A DNA stretch of 63,880 bases, counting the filler, from Choristocarpus tenellus KU-1152 (Eukaryota > Protista > Phaeophyceae): assembly GCA_964200185.2 (NCBI GenBank). It is 11 parts of 11 records of this genome, joined end to end, with 100 filler letters (N's around TTAATTAATTAA, not from the genome) between each part and the next. Parts side by side here need not be neighbours in the genome. Positions count along the whole stretch, not along the records: positions 9,722 to 12,940 come from CAXNAD020021455.1; positions 13,041 to 17,582 come from CAXNAD020014081.1; positions 17,683 to 20,232 come from CAXNAD020026850.1; positions 20,333 to 26,214 come from CAXNAD020009524.1; 7 more parts are not named here. One strand, written 5' to 3'. Numbering within the stretch: position 1 is the stretch's first letter; every line of letters begins with the position of its first letter. Under the pieces are notes generated by a model, which saw nothing but the letters and a program-made list of their open reading frames with translations, ran no database searches and had not been told where the DNA came from. The position numbers and the translations under genes were made by a program. Positions 12,169 to 23,885 of this stretch are shown one piece after another.

Positions 12169-12462
12169 GTGCCAACTGCATTAGCTAATAACCTTTCCAA
12201 TCGTGGAGATGGATGGCGAAAACCGAATGATCACGCCCTTGCTTCAGGAAGGAGGGTGAGTAGTAAAGCTGCTGGTAGAAAGTGTCGCGGGAAGGGGCGC
12301 ATAGCTTGTTTCGTGTGTGGCAAAGATGACCACATAAGAGGTGACTGCCGCCCCGACCTGTACAGGGGACGACACGCAGGTGCCTCTACGAGAATGGGGA
12401 AAGATTCATAAGATGGAAGATGGCCAAGGTGCAGGGGGATAGGACATGACTATGATGAATGT
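12169..12462 (+). pseudogene. Gag-like remnant of an LTR retrotransposon with CCHC zinc knuckles
   Basis: CFVCGKDDHIRGDC (12307-12348) fits C-X2-C-X4-H-X4-C; second degenerate knuckle WPRCRGIGHDYDEC at 12421-12462; stop between them. Confidence 0.65.
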
Positions 12463-12940
12463 CGTCTGACTCTTCGGGCAAGGGAAAATATCAGGAAACC
12501 CCCAAGAAGAGGTGATAAGTATGCCAATATGGTGTCGACAGCTTCACCTCCGTCTCATCCAACCAAGAGGATCTTGCCGATAGGATGGAAAGGTTAGAAG
12601 GGTTAATCGGGCTCTTATTTTGGTGAATCTGATCGTTATTCCCTATGACTGTCTTCTTTGTGTTTGTCTTTCTAAATGTTTAAATTTGATTTTGTTCCCC
12701 ATCTCTTGTGTATTTTGGTGCATACCCACAGTAGTCAATTGACAGCTGTGGTGTTGTGCAGACTGACTTTAGTCAAGGAAAAGTTTTTTTTCTCGTTTTT
12801 TTGTGTATGATATTTCAGTGATAAGTCAATTGATTAGTACTACTTTTTCCAAAGATTCACTTTAGGCGTGACACTAGGGATATTTCCAGGATCGTGGGAG
12901 ACGCTAGATGTATTGCTAAGGACCCTGCCATTTCATGGAT

Positions 12941-13040
12941 NNNNNNNNNNNNNNNNNNNNNNNNNNNNNNNNNNNNNNNNNNNNTTAATTAATTAANNNN
13001 NNNNNNNNNNNNNNNNNNNNNNNNNNNNNNNNNNNNNNNN
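12941..13040. other. Artificial contig linker
   Basis: Same 100-bp spacer. Confidence 0.99.
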
Positions 13041-13459
13041 ATGTATATAGTTTTCATTGGTTTCCCCCTGACACATCTGCAAAATGTCAGAGGGCATAAT
13101 AATAAAATTAGGGTAAGAATAAAATAATGAGAAGGTAGATGAAGAGTTAGGTACTGGGTGGCTAGAAGGCAGAAGAGGTAGGAGAGAAGTTTAAAGAAAT
13201 GGATGGTAGGTGGGAGCATAAGATGGGAAGGGATGGATCAAAACATAAGGAAAGTCTGAGGTTGGTAGGGCAGGACAAGCAGGGCTAGAATAAGGCAACC
13301 TCCGAGCAATCAATCCCACTCACCCACCCTTTCGATTGCTCACGACCGAATGGAATGCTGGGAAACAGGGAAGGAAATCAAGTTTGGGCGGGGTAGATGT
13401 CTTCTAGTTCAAGGGCACGGTATTGAAGTGGATGATGAAGGGTTATCCTTGGACGATTG

Positions 13460-13745
13460 TGGGCTGGTGTTGATTGGTGTTGAATGGTGTGTTGGAGCGG
13501 AAAGTGTTGAAAGATGTTGTGGTGGTGAGTGGTGTAGAATGGTGGGGTGGAGGGGAAAGTGGTGGAGGGTTGTCATAGGGTTGAGTGGTGTTGAATGGTT
13601 TGGTGGAGTGGAAAGTGGGGTTGAGTGGGGTTGAATAGTGTGGCGATGCGGAAAGCTGTGGAAAGTGTTGTGGGGTTGAATGGTGCGGTGGAGTGGAAAG
13701 TAGAGTGGGGTTGAGTGGGGTTGAATGGTGGGGTAGCGTGGTAAG
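13460..13745. repeat. G/T-rich low-complexity repeat (GTGGGGTTGA/GTGGAAAGT motifs)
   Basis: Directly visible. Confidence 0.85.
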
Positions 13746-13965
13746 TTGTAGTGACTGGAAATCAGTGGCACAGGGGTCACAATGGTTGGTCATCAGATGT
13801 GGTTGGTCACTGGAAATCAGTGGCGAAGGGATCAATCGCACTGGTTGGTCATCAAATGTGGTTGGTGACTGGAAATCCGTGGCGAAAGGGGTTCGTACTG
13901 GTTGGTCACGGGATAGGCTGATGGCTGGAAGTCAGTGATAGAGGGGACCACAGGTTGATCACAAT
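13746..13965. repeat. ~57-bp diverged tandem repeat x4
   Basis: CTGGAAATCAGTGGC...TGGTTGGTCA recurs near 13755, 13810, 13869 and 13925. Confidence 0.8.
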
Positions 13966-15053
13966 CGGTGTGACAATGGGGGGGAGGGGTAGAAATAGGT
14001 GGGATGGAAGTAAAGAAATAAAAAAAATCAGATTTCGTGGGTGAAGAAAAATGTAAAAAGCTTGAAGGGGTCCGAAATATATATTTTCATTCGATTTTTC
14101 GAAGTGTCCTCTCATGTCATTACCCACTTCTTAACAATATCAAATCAGCAACAGGACTCTGGATCTTGGACAGAACACAGACATCTCTGTCTTTCTCCTC
14201 TCTCTCTCTACTGTTATAGTTGATTCAATAGGTTCAATGAACTGATGTACTTCCTTTGTTTATGACAGGGTACTAAAGTTTGTCCGCCATGCTGTCACTT
14301 ATCCCCTCCTTAGTCCCCTCCTCAATGTTGCTCTCATCCCTCGTGTTACAAACCCCAGTTATCCTTGGTGTCACGTCCTATATCCTACACAACGTCTTCT
14401 CTTTCTTCCTTTCCACAATATGCCAGAGAGAGCTTTCACTACGGACACCTGCCATGGATGACCGATTCTAAGCGTTGGGGGGATCATTTTCGGAAGTCAT
14501 GAGCAAGCACAGTGCATTGTACCCGTCGCATCGCCAACATAACTAAGAGAAGTCGACGTCTTCTTTTTGTGCCGACTACATGTGGATCTGGTACCCTGGT
14601 GAGCGGACTTGCTTGGGGTGCAAGGCGCACTCTTCGCACACGGCCTGAGTTATCTTTGTTACCCCGAGAATTCCACTACGACATTTTAGTTATCTGCAAA
14701 GAGCGGATATCTCCTAGAAACTCATAATGAATTCTTGGTACTGATCTTACAAACCCTTGATCAGTATGTATTTTGGTAATGAACTTTGTAAACTGGTCTT
14801 CGAAGATCCCCACTTTGTAATCTGACCTCTTTGGCCGCCGTACAAGGGCTGGCAAGGTAGTGACGCAGTTCAATGAGTTCACGAAGGAGTTGTGTTAGTC
14901 TAGAATTTTTCACGAAACAGAGGGAAATTCTAAGGGGTTTATCTCAACCATCTCCCAATACCGTGAGGGTTCCAGTAAGGAGGGTATGGAGGGTTCCATC
15001 CAGGTGATACTTTTGGTGTAGGGACTGAGATCTGGTTCTGGTTATCTTCTAAC

Positions 15054-15309
15054 GAGTGAAAGTATCTTAGAGGGTACGACTTTCCCTGTTTGTCCATATG
15101 GGACTTGGCTTCCCATGGGTTTAGTTATGGTATTTTCCTACTCCAAAATATTTTGAAGTAGGTAAAATGTACAAGTTATGAAAATGTGTGTCCACAACAA
15201 GGATACTGACACTTCCTAACAAACACGATACCCAAAATTACATCAAAATCGAGACATGGATTTTGGCCACCAAATGGACTCGGCCCTACCCTCTAAGATA
15301 CTTTGGCTC
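15054..15309 (+). mobile_element. MITE family B, full copy (~256 bp)
   Basis: TIRs GAGTGAAAGTATCTTAGAGGGTA...TACCCTCTAAGATACTTTGGCTC. Confidence 0.9.
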
Positions 15310-16194
15310 TAACCCCAAGTCTAACTTTAATCACAACCACAGTACCTCTTCCCCAAGTGTTTTTTGCTTGTTTTGTTAGATCTTAGGTAGTAGAACGTGA
15401 AGAGTGCTGCAAGCATGAGTTGTAAAATCAACTCCAACCGCCGCAAGGAAGCACCCAAATAACCAAAACCACACTGAAGGTAGGCTAAGCTAGGTTTCTC
15501 TCGTCACAGCCATCAATTTCTCTTGCCACTCACCTTCTTACCACCCCCACTGGTAAATTCTGGAGAGTTATCTTTCCCTTAACCTTATCCTATTGCCTTG
15601 GTGGTGCTAGCCCAACACTTATACTGCTGCAAAGCCAACTCATAGATCGAAGGAAAGGTTGGGGTCAGGGCTCGAGTCAAAGTAAATCCTGCATGTACAC
15701 TACCTTGGGAAGGGTTGCTGTGAAAGCCAGGGTAGAGAACGTTGTAAATGAGAAGAGGATGTGAATAAAAGGAGTAGAACATGATGTAACACGGTACTAT
15801 TGCTTGTATGCTCCCCCAATCCCTCGACCAGTTGTGATCTATCCCTAGATCCTGATCTCTGAGACTCGGAGATGACAGGAGGGAGAAGCACGTGTTTCAA
15901 GTTTCTGAGTCACTAGGTGTGCTCACAGTCACTCTCTGCTTTGCCATATGACTCGTTCTCTCTTGCCACTCTCCCTCTCCCTGTCCTCTTGCTCATCCCA
16001 TGGGTTGCTACATCACAAAGGTTATGCTGGAAGAGCAGTTGCAGTGAATACATGGCATTGGTCGATGAAGTCATGTGATTATTATGTGGTCTGAGATGAA
16101 ATCATTATTCTGTCAAGTAGCAACCTGTGTGCTTGTACTTGAGAGGTTCCTGATCACAATTTGAATGCCGGGTGCTTTCAAATGCTCAACAACA

Positions 16195-16373
16195 GAGTCA
16201 AAGTATCTGGAGGTGGGGTGCCAGCGTCCGTTTTAGACCCTTTTTTTCGATTTTTCCATTTTTAGGTGATTTGGTTGCATACATCGGATCGATAATGTAA
16301 ATGCACTTTACCCGATTTTATCCCAACTGGACACCCTGGTGTAGACCCCCACCCCCCCCAGGTACTCTGGGTC
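16195..16373 (+). mobile_element. MITE family A, full copy
   Basis: GAGTCAAAGTATCTGG...CCAGGTACTCTGGGTC; TSD ACA. Confidence 0.9.
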
Positions 16374-17522
16374 ACAGTGTAAGCATACTTGGAATAAGGT
16401 GTCATGAGTATAGAATATATTCTGGGCAAGCCCCTGGCACCAGTCTCTGAGAGCACAAAGTTGAGGTGTGGCAGAGTTGTGTCCTTCCAGCCCCAGAACC
16501 ATGGGATGCAGCCTTCCATATCCTTCTGCCCTGAACACGAGCTGATGCTTTCTGGGAACTCTCATTGTTTGAAAGGAAGTTGACTCTCGAGTAACAATGT
16601 AAGAACAAAGTTTTTCACGCTCTGTGTAATGTTTGTGTGTGTGTATGTGTGAGCCTGCAGGTTGGGGGAGGATCATTGGAATATTAAATGGTAGGGGAGA
16701 GATCTTCCGAGCATTGGTTTTGGCAAGTGAGTCTATTATTAGTTGTTTATCATTTTTAGCAGTATTCAGGGGTTCTTCTTTTGTTTAATCTTCACTCATA
16801 ATCCATACTTGTGTACAACATCGTCGTGACTAACCGGACAAAATGTATATTGTAACGTTCCTTCTATAAGCTGCAATGTACAATATCAAGGTGTCATTAA
16901 TGTCAATGTGGGTGTGTATTATAATGCCAGCACGACAGGTGAGGTGGAGATGTGGTCTGTGTTCCATTGATGTTGCTGTGTTTGTACTCTTGCTTCAGAT
17001 CAAGATGATGTGATGATCCTCTTGATATATTTGCTTTTTGAATCTTTCAACATCCTCATTAGGACTTCCATCTCATTCTACGAGGTGGTATTCCAGAGTA
17101 TATACAAAATTGCGCCCACAAAAACCGAGATGTGGCAAATTATCACCATTTCTTGGCAAACTTTGCTGTCTGATGATTCACTGGAGAAATGATATCAACA
17201 TACAACATCCTTGGCGAGCGACGAGGCTGCCGTGTGTTGGTATCATGACACTAGTAAACCCTCAGTCAGGGACGTCAGTCAGATGGAGATAGGTTTTGAC
17301 AACATTGTGGTTGGGGGTGAGTTTGTTATCAACTACCAACCTGACCATAACTGCTCTGAGATTGTTGCAGGGAATACAGGTAACATACCAGTACAAGGCG
17401 TCTGCCGATATTCTCAAGGGCCCAGCGTTTTGGGAAAGAGTTGTCAAACTTTTTCTGTTGTCCTGGCCAATACAGTACCACATCTGAACTCTGGCCCTGG
17501 GGTGAAAAGAAAATGAAGGTTC

Positions 17523-17582
17523 GGCTCAAAGTATCTGGGAGGGGGTGGCGGCTGTCCATTTGGGGTCAATTTTTTCATGTCG
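17523..17582 (+). mobile_element. MITE family A, left end (cut by contig end)
   Basis: GGCTCAAAGTATCTGGGAGGGGGTGGCGGCTGTCCATTTGGGGTC. Confidence 0.85.
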
Positions 17583-17682
17583 NNNNNNNNNNNNNNNNNN
17601 NNNNNNNNNNNNNNNNNNNNNNNNNNTTAATTAATTAANNNNNNNNNNNNNNNNNNNNNNNNNNNNNNNNNNNNNNNNNNNN
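17583..17682. other. Artificial contig linker
   Basis: Same 100-bp spacer. Confidence 0.99.
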
Positions 17683-18160
17683 TTGGAATGTAGTAGTATG
17701 TGTGGTGGGGGGGGGGGGGGGTGGATATATATATATGAATATGAATATAAATATTAGTGAAGTTTTTTCCTGTGGGCAGAGACATTTTTGCTGTCTGGGC
17801 TGTGACCCATTCCTCTGCTGGTGTTGATCATAGAGATAGAGCTCTGTTGTAGCACACGATGTAAAGGTGGACAGGTGTGAGGGGAGGAGCGTATAGCACA
17901 ATAATAAAAATAATAGTAATATTAAAGGGGACCGGTGGAGGTTGGTTGTGGAGTTGCGCTGGAAGGTGTAATTGTTTGACCATTTCCAACTCAGCAAGAT
18001 GTGAGAAGTTTCTTGATTTAATTGACAGACCATCTGAGTTTTTTCATTTCTTTTAAAGGCCCCCCATTTAAAAAGAAAATAATAATAATAATAATAAATG
18101 AAATCTATATTGTGTTCTGTTTTCGTGGGGGGATCTTTGTTTTTGTTTTGTTTTGTTTAG

Positions 18161-18292
18161 AGCGACGTGGTGTCTAGGGGAGTGGGACGCCTTCAAAGAC
18201 TTTGTGGACCACGTGGAGGAGACAGTGGTGGATGGAGCGTACTTCAGAGCGGTACTGGCTCTTCGAAGTGATGATCTTGAAGGATGTGCAAG
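18161..18292 (+). CDS. TOR: TOR kinase, FAT-domain exon
   Basis: ATWCLGEWDAFKDFVDHVEETVVDGAYFRAVLAL resembles mTOR AAWGLGQWD...DGAFYRAVLAL; tag acceptor and gtgag donor. Confidence 0.9.
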
Positions 18293-19114
18293 GTGAGAAT
18301 GATAACAATTATGATAACAATTATGATGATGTTGAGGTGGATATGCTGATTATCGTGTGTTTGTAAAATGCGCAGGGTGTTGTAAAATAGGAAGGCGTAT
18401 CTTGTTGAGTGTTGTGTTTTTGTTGTGTTGTAATGAGTATGTTGCTTCTCTTCTTCCCCTTACGGTGTGTGTAAAATGTGAGGAGGCGTTGTGTATAGTA
18501 TAGTTTACTGTTTTGTGCGGTTGCGAAATTATCATATGGAGTTGATTTCGTTGGTGGATGAATGTGACGGATGATACACGTTTGGGTTAGGGTTGGCTGG
18601 TCAGTTTTTTTTACTAGTGAGGGCGCGGAGGGGGGGTGGGGGGGTGATGTTTGGGGCGGCGGGGTACAGGGTACATGAGTTGACTTTTTTTTATTAACTT
18701 TTGCTACCTTCAAGGATTAAGTTGATGTAACTGTGATTGTAATGATTGTAATTTGAGTAGTCCTTGTGTGAGTGTATTCTAACTTCATGTAACTGTCTTA
18801 AATGTTGTTTTTAAATGTGATTCACGCCCTCTTTTCTCATTGTAGATGTAGGGGGCTGGCTTATTGAATGTGAGTGTAAGACATCAATTTTTTTATAATA
18901 TTATCGATAGTGCTTCAGTTTTAATATTTTTTGGTCATAACATTATTTAGATTTTCTATGTATTGGTCCGGCTGAGTTGCATGCCGTACTATCTATTAAG
19001 AATTATTTCTTTTTTATCTTGTGCAAATAAAAAATAATGTGATATTTTTGAAAGGGAAAACAAAAAAATGGAAAAATTGATGGCAATTTTTTCCCAATGC
19101 TAATACCAAAAAAA

Positions 19115-19150
<36 letters not shown>

Positions 19151-19159
19151 TGGTGTAAG

Positions 19160-19294
19160 GTATATTGACAAGGCACGGCTCCTGGTGGATGGGTCCTTTG
19201 CATCACAGATTGGAGAGTCTTACAAGCGAGCCTATACCACAATGACGATGGTTCAGCAGTTGGTGGAGCTGGAGGAGATTGTGGAGTACAAGCA
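19160..19294 (+). CDS. TOR: TOR kinase, FAT-domain exon
   Basis: YIDKARLLVDGSFASQIGESYKRAYTTMTMVQQLVELEEIVEYK resembles mTOR IDKARDLLD...GESYSRAY...ELEEVIQYK; phase-compatible with the previous exon. Confidence 0.93.
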
Positions 19295-20232
19295 GTGAGT
19301 GACTTGATGCACTAGTTCAACATCGGTGATGAGCAGCATCTTGTAGGTTGTGTATTTATATTGATGGTCCTAAGTCTTAATCTTGGTCTTGGTCTTGTCT
19401 TTAGAGTGCTGTGAATCTTACATTCAATTTTGGATTGAAATTGTGTTTTTAACTGAAAATTGAGGGGGGGGGGGTTAATTGTAGTGGGAGTACATGATAA
19501 TAATAATAATAATAATAAATGAGTCGGTTTTTCGTTCTCCTCGTGTGAGTGCTTTATATTCATAGCGCTAATCTCTTACGGTGTAAGAACTGTGTTAATT
19601 TTATGCCTATAGTTGAATTTTGGCATATTTGAAATCAGCTACTCATTCTGTTAGAAAAACTACTTGTCTACTATTCTTTCCAGTACAGTATTACGCTATA
19701 TGTCAGCAGTAGCACAGACACTCTGTAGAGATATATATAGATATATAGATATATTTGAGGGGGGGGGGGGCTTGTGTGTTATTAATGCAGGATCTTTTTT
19801 GGATTGATTCTTGTTGGTTAGGGTTTGTCCTCATTTTTGGAAAAGTTGAAGAAATCCATGTCTGTATGTTATATAGTATTCTATGTAGTGTAATACGAGA
19901 TGCCATGTATATGATGATAAGTATCAATATTAGTTTTCGTAGATGGTGGTAATGACTTGCAATGGGATTCTCACAACTGTATTATTGAGCACTGGTCTGT
20001 GGACCCCTTACTGGACTTGTTTTTCAACCTCTGGTGGAGCTTGTTTTAGTCACTCTCTGTTACTTCTTTTTATATGCAGAAGCCGTCGGAGTTTGGGAAG
20101 TGAATAAGAACATGGCTACTGCTCTGCAAGAGATTGTTCTTCTAATTTTTTGGAATTGACGGGGGGGAGGGGGGGGAGGGGGGGGTGGTGACTGATGTGA
20201 TTTTTTTGTTATTTATTGGAAATATAAGGGAT

Positions 20233-20332
20233 NNNNNNNNNNNNNNNNNNNNNNNNNNNNNNNNNNNNNNNNNNNNTTAATTAATTAANNNNNNNNNNNN
20301 NNNNNNNNNNNNNNNNNNNNNNNNNNNNNNNN
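20233..20332. other. Artificial contig linker
   Basis: Same 100-bp spacer. Confidence 0.99.
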
Positions 20333-21646
20333 AAGAAACGAAGGCCACTTGGGCTTGGTGCGTGGTGTGGAGTTCTTGTTGTTGTCTTCCGCTCTTTTTT
20401 TTTTTTTTTCCCCCCCCCCCCCCCCCCCCCCCCCCCCAACAGGATCTGGGAGTGCCACACACAATCAGAAGCAGGCAGAAATGGTCACCTCCATTTATAC
20501 ATGCATCAATACTTCTGCACATAACATGTCACAACATACCCCTGATCACAAATGAGCCTCTTCCTTCAACTCTTGTCAAATCTCAAAAGGAAGGCTGGTG
20601 CGATTCCGATTTGGGCTGTCAGGTACTTTATACTATCTCATTTCTATTTTTTACAACCCGCCTGTCTCACCTCTGCCTTTCAGCTGTATTGTCAACCACA
20701 CGGGAGGCCGGTTCAAATGTAATACCCACTTTTTGCATCTGAGCTGAGGACCACGAATCATCAAACTTTTCCGAATGAGCCAACATGAAGGGTTTACCAC
20801 ATACCTCGGCGACCTGAGTGCAGCAGGCAGATATGAAGTCAAAAGCGCTTCACATGGAAGAGGATAACAGCTGGTAGTAGATACCAAGAGTGAACCCAAG
20901 GCATCTACAAGAAGTAATCCGCATTTCAAATCATGGTAACAATATCCATGGCAAGCACGAGGTCAGCTGGAGCTCTACGGTCCTCAAGGAGATGAATACC
21001 TACATCACACAGTCAATGCACACAATGCACATAATACCTTGTAATTCTGAGACACTTGCACCTGCTGTAGCTAATCATTTACCTCAATCCTTTGTTCGTT
21101 CTGACATGTGTGTACAAAGATGTGTGTACAAAGAATTTTTGCACACACATACGAATATCCATCAAGTAGTAGTAATGCAATTGTGGAAAGGGGGTAGCCC
21201 ATACGTGAAACAAAAATAAAAGCCCTGTCTTAACAGTGCAAATAATGAAAATATTAGCCTCCAAGATGAGAGTTCTTTTCTTAAGTATCAATGTTTTGTC
21301 CTCTTGGTCCTAAACGGGCCTCCAACATCCTGTCAAATTTAGATCGCCACTGTATCAGAAGCTAGGCAATAAGACATTTTGTCAAAGCCTGCAGGGGTCT
21401 TGGGGATTGTTGCGTTGACTTGGATTGGACGTGCCTCATGTCATGTTTTTAAAAAGCTCATCAGTGACGAAAACCACCTACATGCACTGCCATCCATAAT
21501 GACACATAACATGTTAACAATAAACGCTACCTGAATGCTAAAATGATGCATTCATCTGCACATCATGGAGTGCCATGTATATCAGAACGATTGATTCCTC
21601 TTCCCCTCAGCAAATTGATAACAACAAATAAAAGCCCGCAAATGAT

Positions 21647-21673
21647 CCTAACCCTAACCCTAACCCTAACCCT
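21647..21673. repeat. Short interstitial (CCCTAA)n telomere-like tract
   Basis: About 4 units; shorter tracts near 2169, 8815 and 27598. Confidence 0.75.
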
Positions 21674-22090
21674 GTATCAGAACCAAGAGATGAGGCACCT
21701 AACCAATAGCCAGATGACCCAAACCCGCTCTGAGAGAAGTAGGAAATTGCTCCAAAGAACTTACAAAGGTGAGACAACATTCTATCAACAGTGGGTTGAA
21801 AAGAAAACAGTTAAATCAATAACTCACTCATCATTTTGACAGAACCTCCTAGTCAAAACACACTGTCTCACAACAATCTTCGGAAGCATAAAGGTAAAAA
21901 ATGATGTAAAATGATGTACTTAAATTTGACTTCTAAATCCATACACTACGAGTTTGCTGCTACACAACTGGACACCATATATTCAACAGCTCCACAACAT
22001 GAACAGCTAGAGTGCTAAACCAGAACAGCACCAACTCAGTACTTTCAAAACGATGCCAACGATGCAAAGGGGTGAGTGATAGATATTCAC

Positions 22091-22195
22091 CGTATCAAGG
22101 GCAGAGTCATCCAGTTGCAGTCCCATGAAGGTGGCAATCTTTGGAAGTGTACCCCTCAGGTCCTTCACCATATCCTCGTACACCAAAAAAAGCAC
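22091..22195 (-). CDS. Sulfotransferase (Sulfotransfer_1-like) exon; the gene may be degenerate
   Basis: cag|VLFLVYEDMVKDLRGTLPKIATFMGLQLDDSALDT|gt matches the VLFxxYEDxxxD...KIAxFLG motif. Confidence 0.75.
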
Positions 22196-22555
22196 CTGAA
22201 GTGAAATGCATGGGAAAAAGGTCAAAGTAGAGATCAAAGAAATATCGAGGTTCACAATTTAAGGCAAAGCATAGCCTTGCCAGCCACCCCGATTTGACTG
22301 CAAAACATCATGCCACAGCATCAGCAGCATAATAATAATCGCCAACAACATGCCAACCAGCAGCATCTCATAAATGCAGATCCTATGTACAAGGCGAGCT
22401 AATCAAGCTATGAATAGATTGACAGAGTGGGAGAAACAATAGTCACCGCCTAAGTGCATAGTCCATTTGAGTCAGTTCAACTCATTCCCATTCGACAACT
22501 TCAATTCCATCAATCTTGGCAAGACTCTCCCACCTGTGGCACATGGCGGCAAACC

Positions 22556-22787
22556 CAAAACTCCCGATAGTAATCCTGCAGGGGATGGTACAACAAACAC
22601 AAAAGTACAGGATAGCCATTATGGTGTCAGTTTCAAAACTCCAATAGTAATCCTGCAGGGGATGGTACAACAAACACAAAAGTACAGGATAGACATTATG
22701 GTGTCAGTTCCAAAACTCCAATAGTAATCCTGCAGGGGATGGTACAACAAACACCAAAGTACAGGATAGCCATTATGGTGTCAGTTC
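22556..22787. repeat. 77-bp minisatellite x3
   Basis: GTAATCCTGCAGGGGATGG at 22570, 22647 and 22724. Confidence 0.95.
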
Positions 22788-22893
22788 AGAGATACTGTCA
22801 AGCAACGGGGCTGTGCACACATGCACACATTCAGACATTCAGACAGTCCAAAAGTAACTGCAACAATATGCAATATCACATCCAGCCAGTAAC

Positions 22894-22941
22894 CTTGTGA
22901 CTATCAACGAACCGATATTCCCAATCTGCCCATTGAATCCT
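22894..22941 (-). CDS. Possible sulfotransferase exon (RIQWADWEYRFVDSHK)
   Basis: AG/GT bounded, phase 0, fits the WW-containing segment that precedes VLFLxYED; weak donor. Confidence 0.35.
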
Positions 22942-23781
22942 CTGCAAAGAGGAAAGCAGCGTGCTGCAAATTCAGACTATGTAGAGTGCCTCAATGATCA
23001 GGCTCAAGAATCTTACTGTGACATAATTAAAAGAATGGCGACAGCGCACAATGTGTCATGCTCAGATTGAGATACACACAAAATTTGTGCCCAATAGGAT
23101 CGATTAAATACCATATTGAACCGATGGGCTGCTCTTGCCCCTCACTATCTCCTTACTCAATTTCTGTGCCAATAATTTTGTCAGCGCTTCAGGCCAGATG
23201 AGCAACACCTCTGAGAGGGAGACCTAAGATACAAGTTACTCATTCAGGGGTATTTTTTTCAGAAGAATCACTGCGAGATTTGACATAATATTATCAGTTG
23301 GAACTGCAGAGTTATGAGACAAAGACATGGGCTCTCAAATGCATCCACCTACATCAGGTAGTGCTGAAGACTGATACCAGATTTGAGAATAAAAATTAGA
23401 AGAGGTAAGAAATGCCACCTTGGGAACATATGGTTTCTCTCTGAGAACTCTTGTGATGATGCAGAACATCAAATAAAGGTTTGGAATGCAGACAGCAGAT
23501 ACTAACACGGGATGACTGCAGTGCAAGTAGTTACTGATGTTTCGAAAATACTAGTGCTGAGTGTAAAAAGAGTTGAGAGCTCCAAGCCTCTTTAACAGTG
23601 ATAGCACTGCTATGGCACCATCCCGACCAATTTGAGAAGTGTTTGCATCATAGCACATGATGCCAAAATGAACCTTGGGGATGATGGATGTCATACATAC
23701 ATAAAACACTACAATTTACATCTGTACTGGTGCCAAGCAGTTGGGGATGTATTCTGCAGTTCCTAGCCAAGGCAATGATAC

Positions 23782-23885
23782 CTGTAGGTGGTCCCGTACA
23801 GTAGTAACTACTACAACTGCACTGAACTTTGATACATTGCCACGATATACTGCAGCCTGCGACAGAGTAAACTTCAGTGTAGCTC
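23782..23885 (-). CDS. Possible upstream sulfotransferase exon (…VVVTTVRDHLQ)
   Basis: AG/GT bounded; VRDH resembles the VR(D/N)P 3'-phosphate-binding motif but is divergent. Confidence 0.3.

Noticed and set aside
13746-13965. CRISPR-like periodicity (also 22556-22787)
   Set aside because: Whole units repeat with no unique spacers, there are no cas genes, and the context is eukaryotic.
21647-21673. Chromosome end
   Set aside because: Only ~4 internal CCCTAA units, so an interstitial microsatellite.
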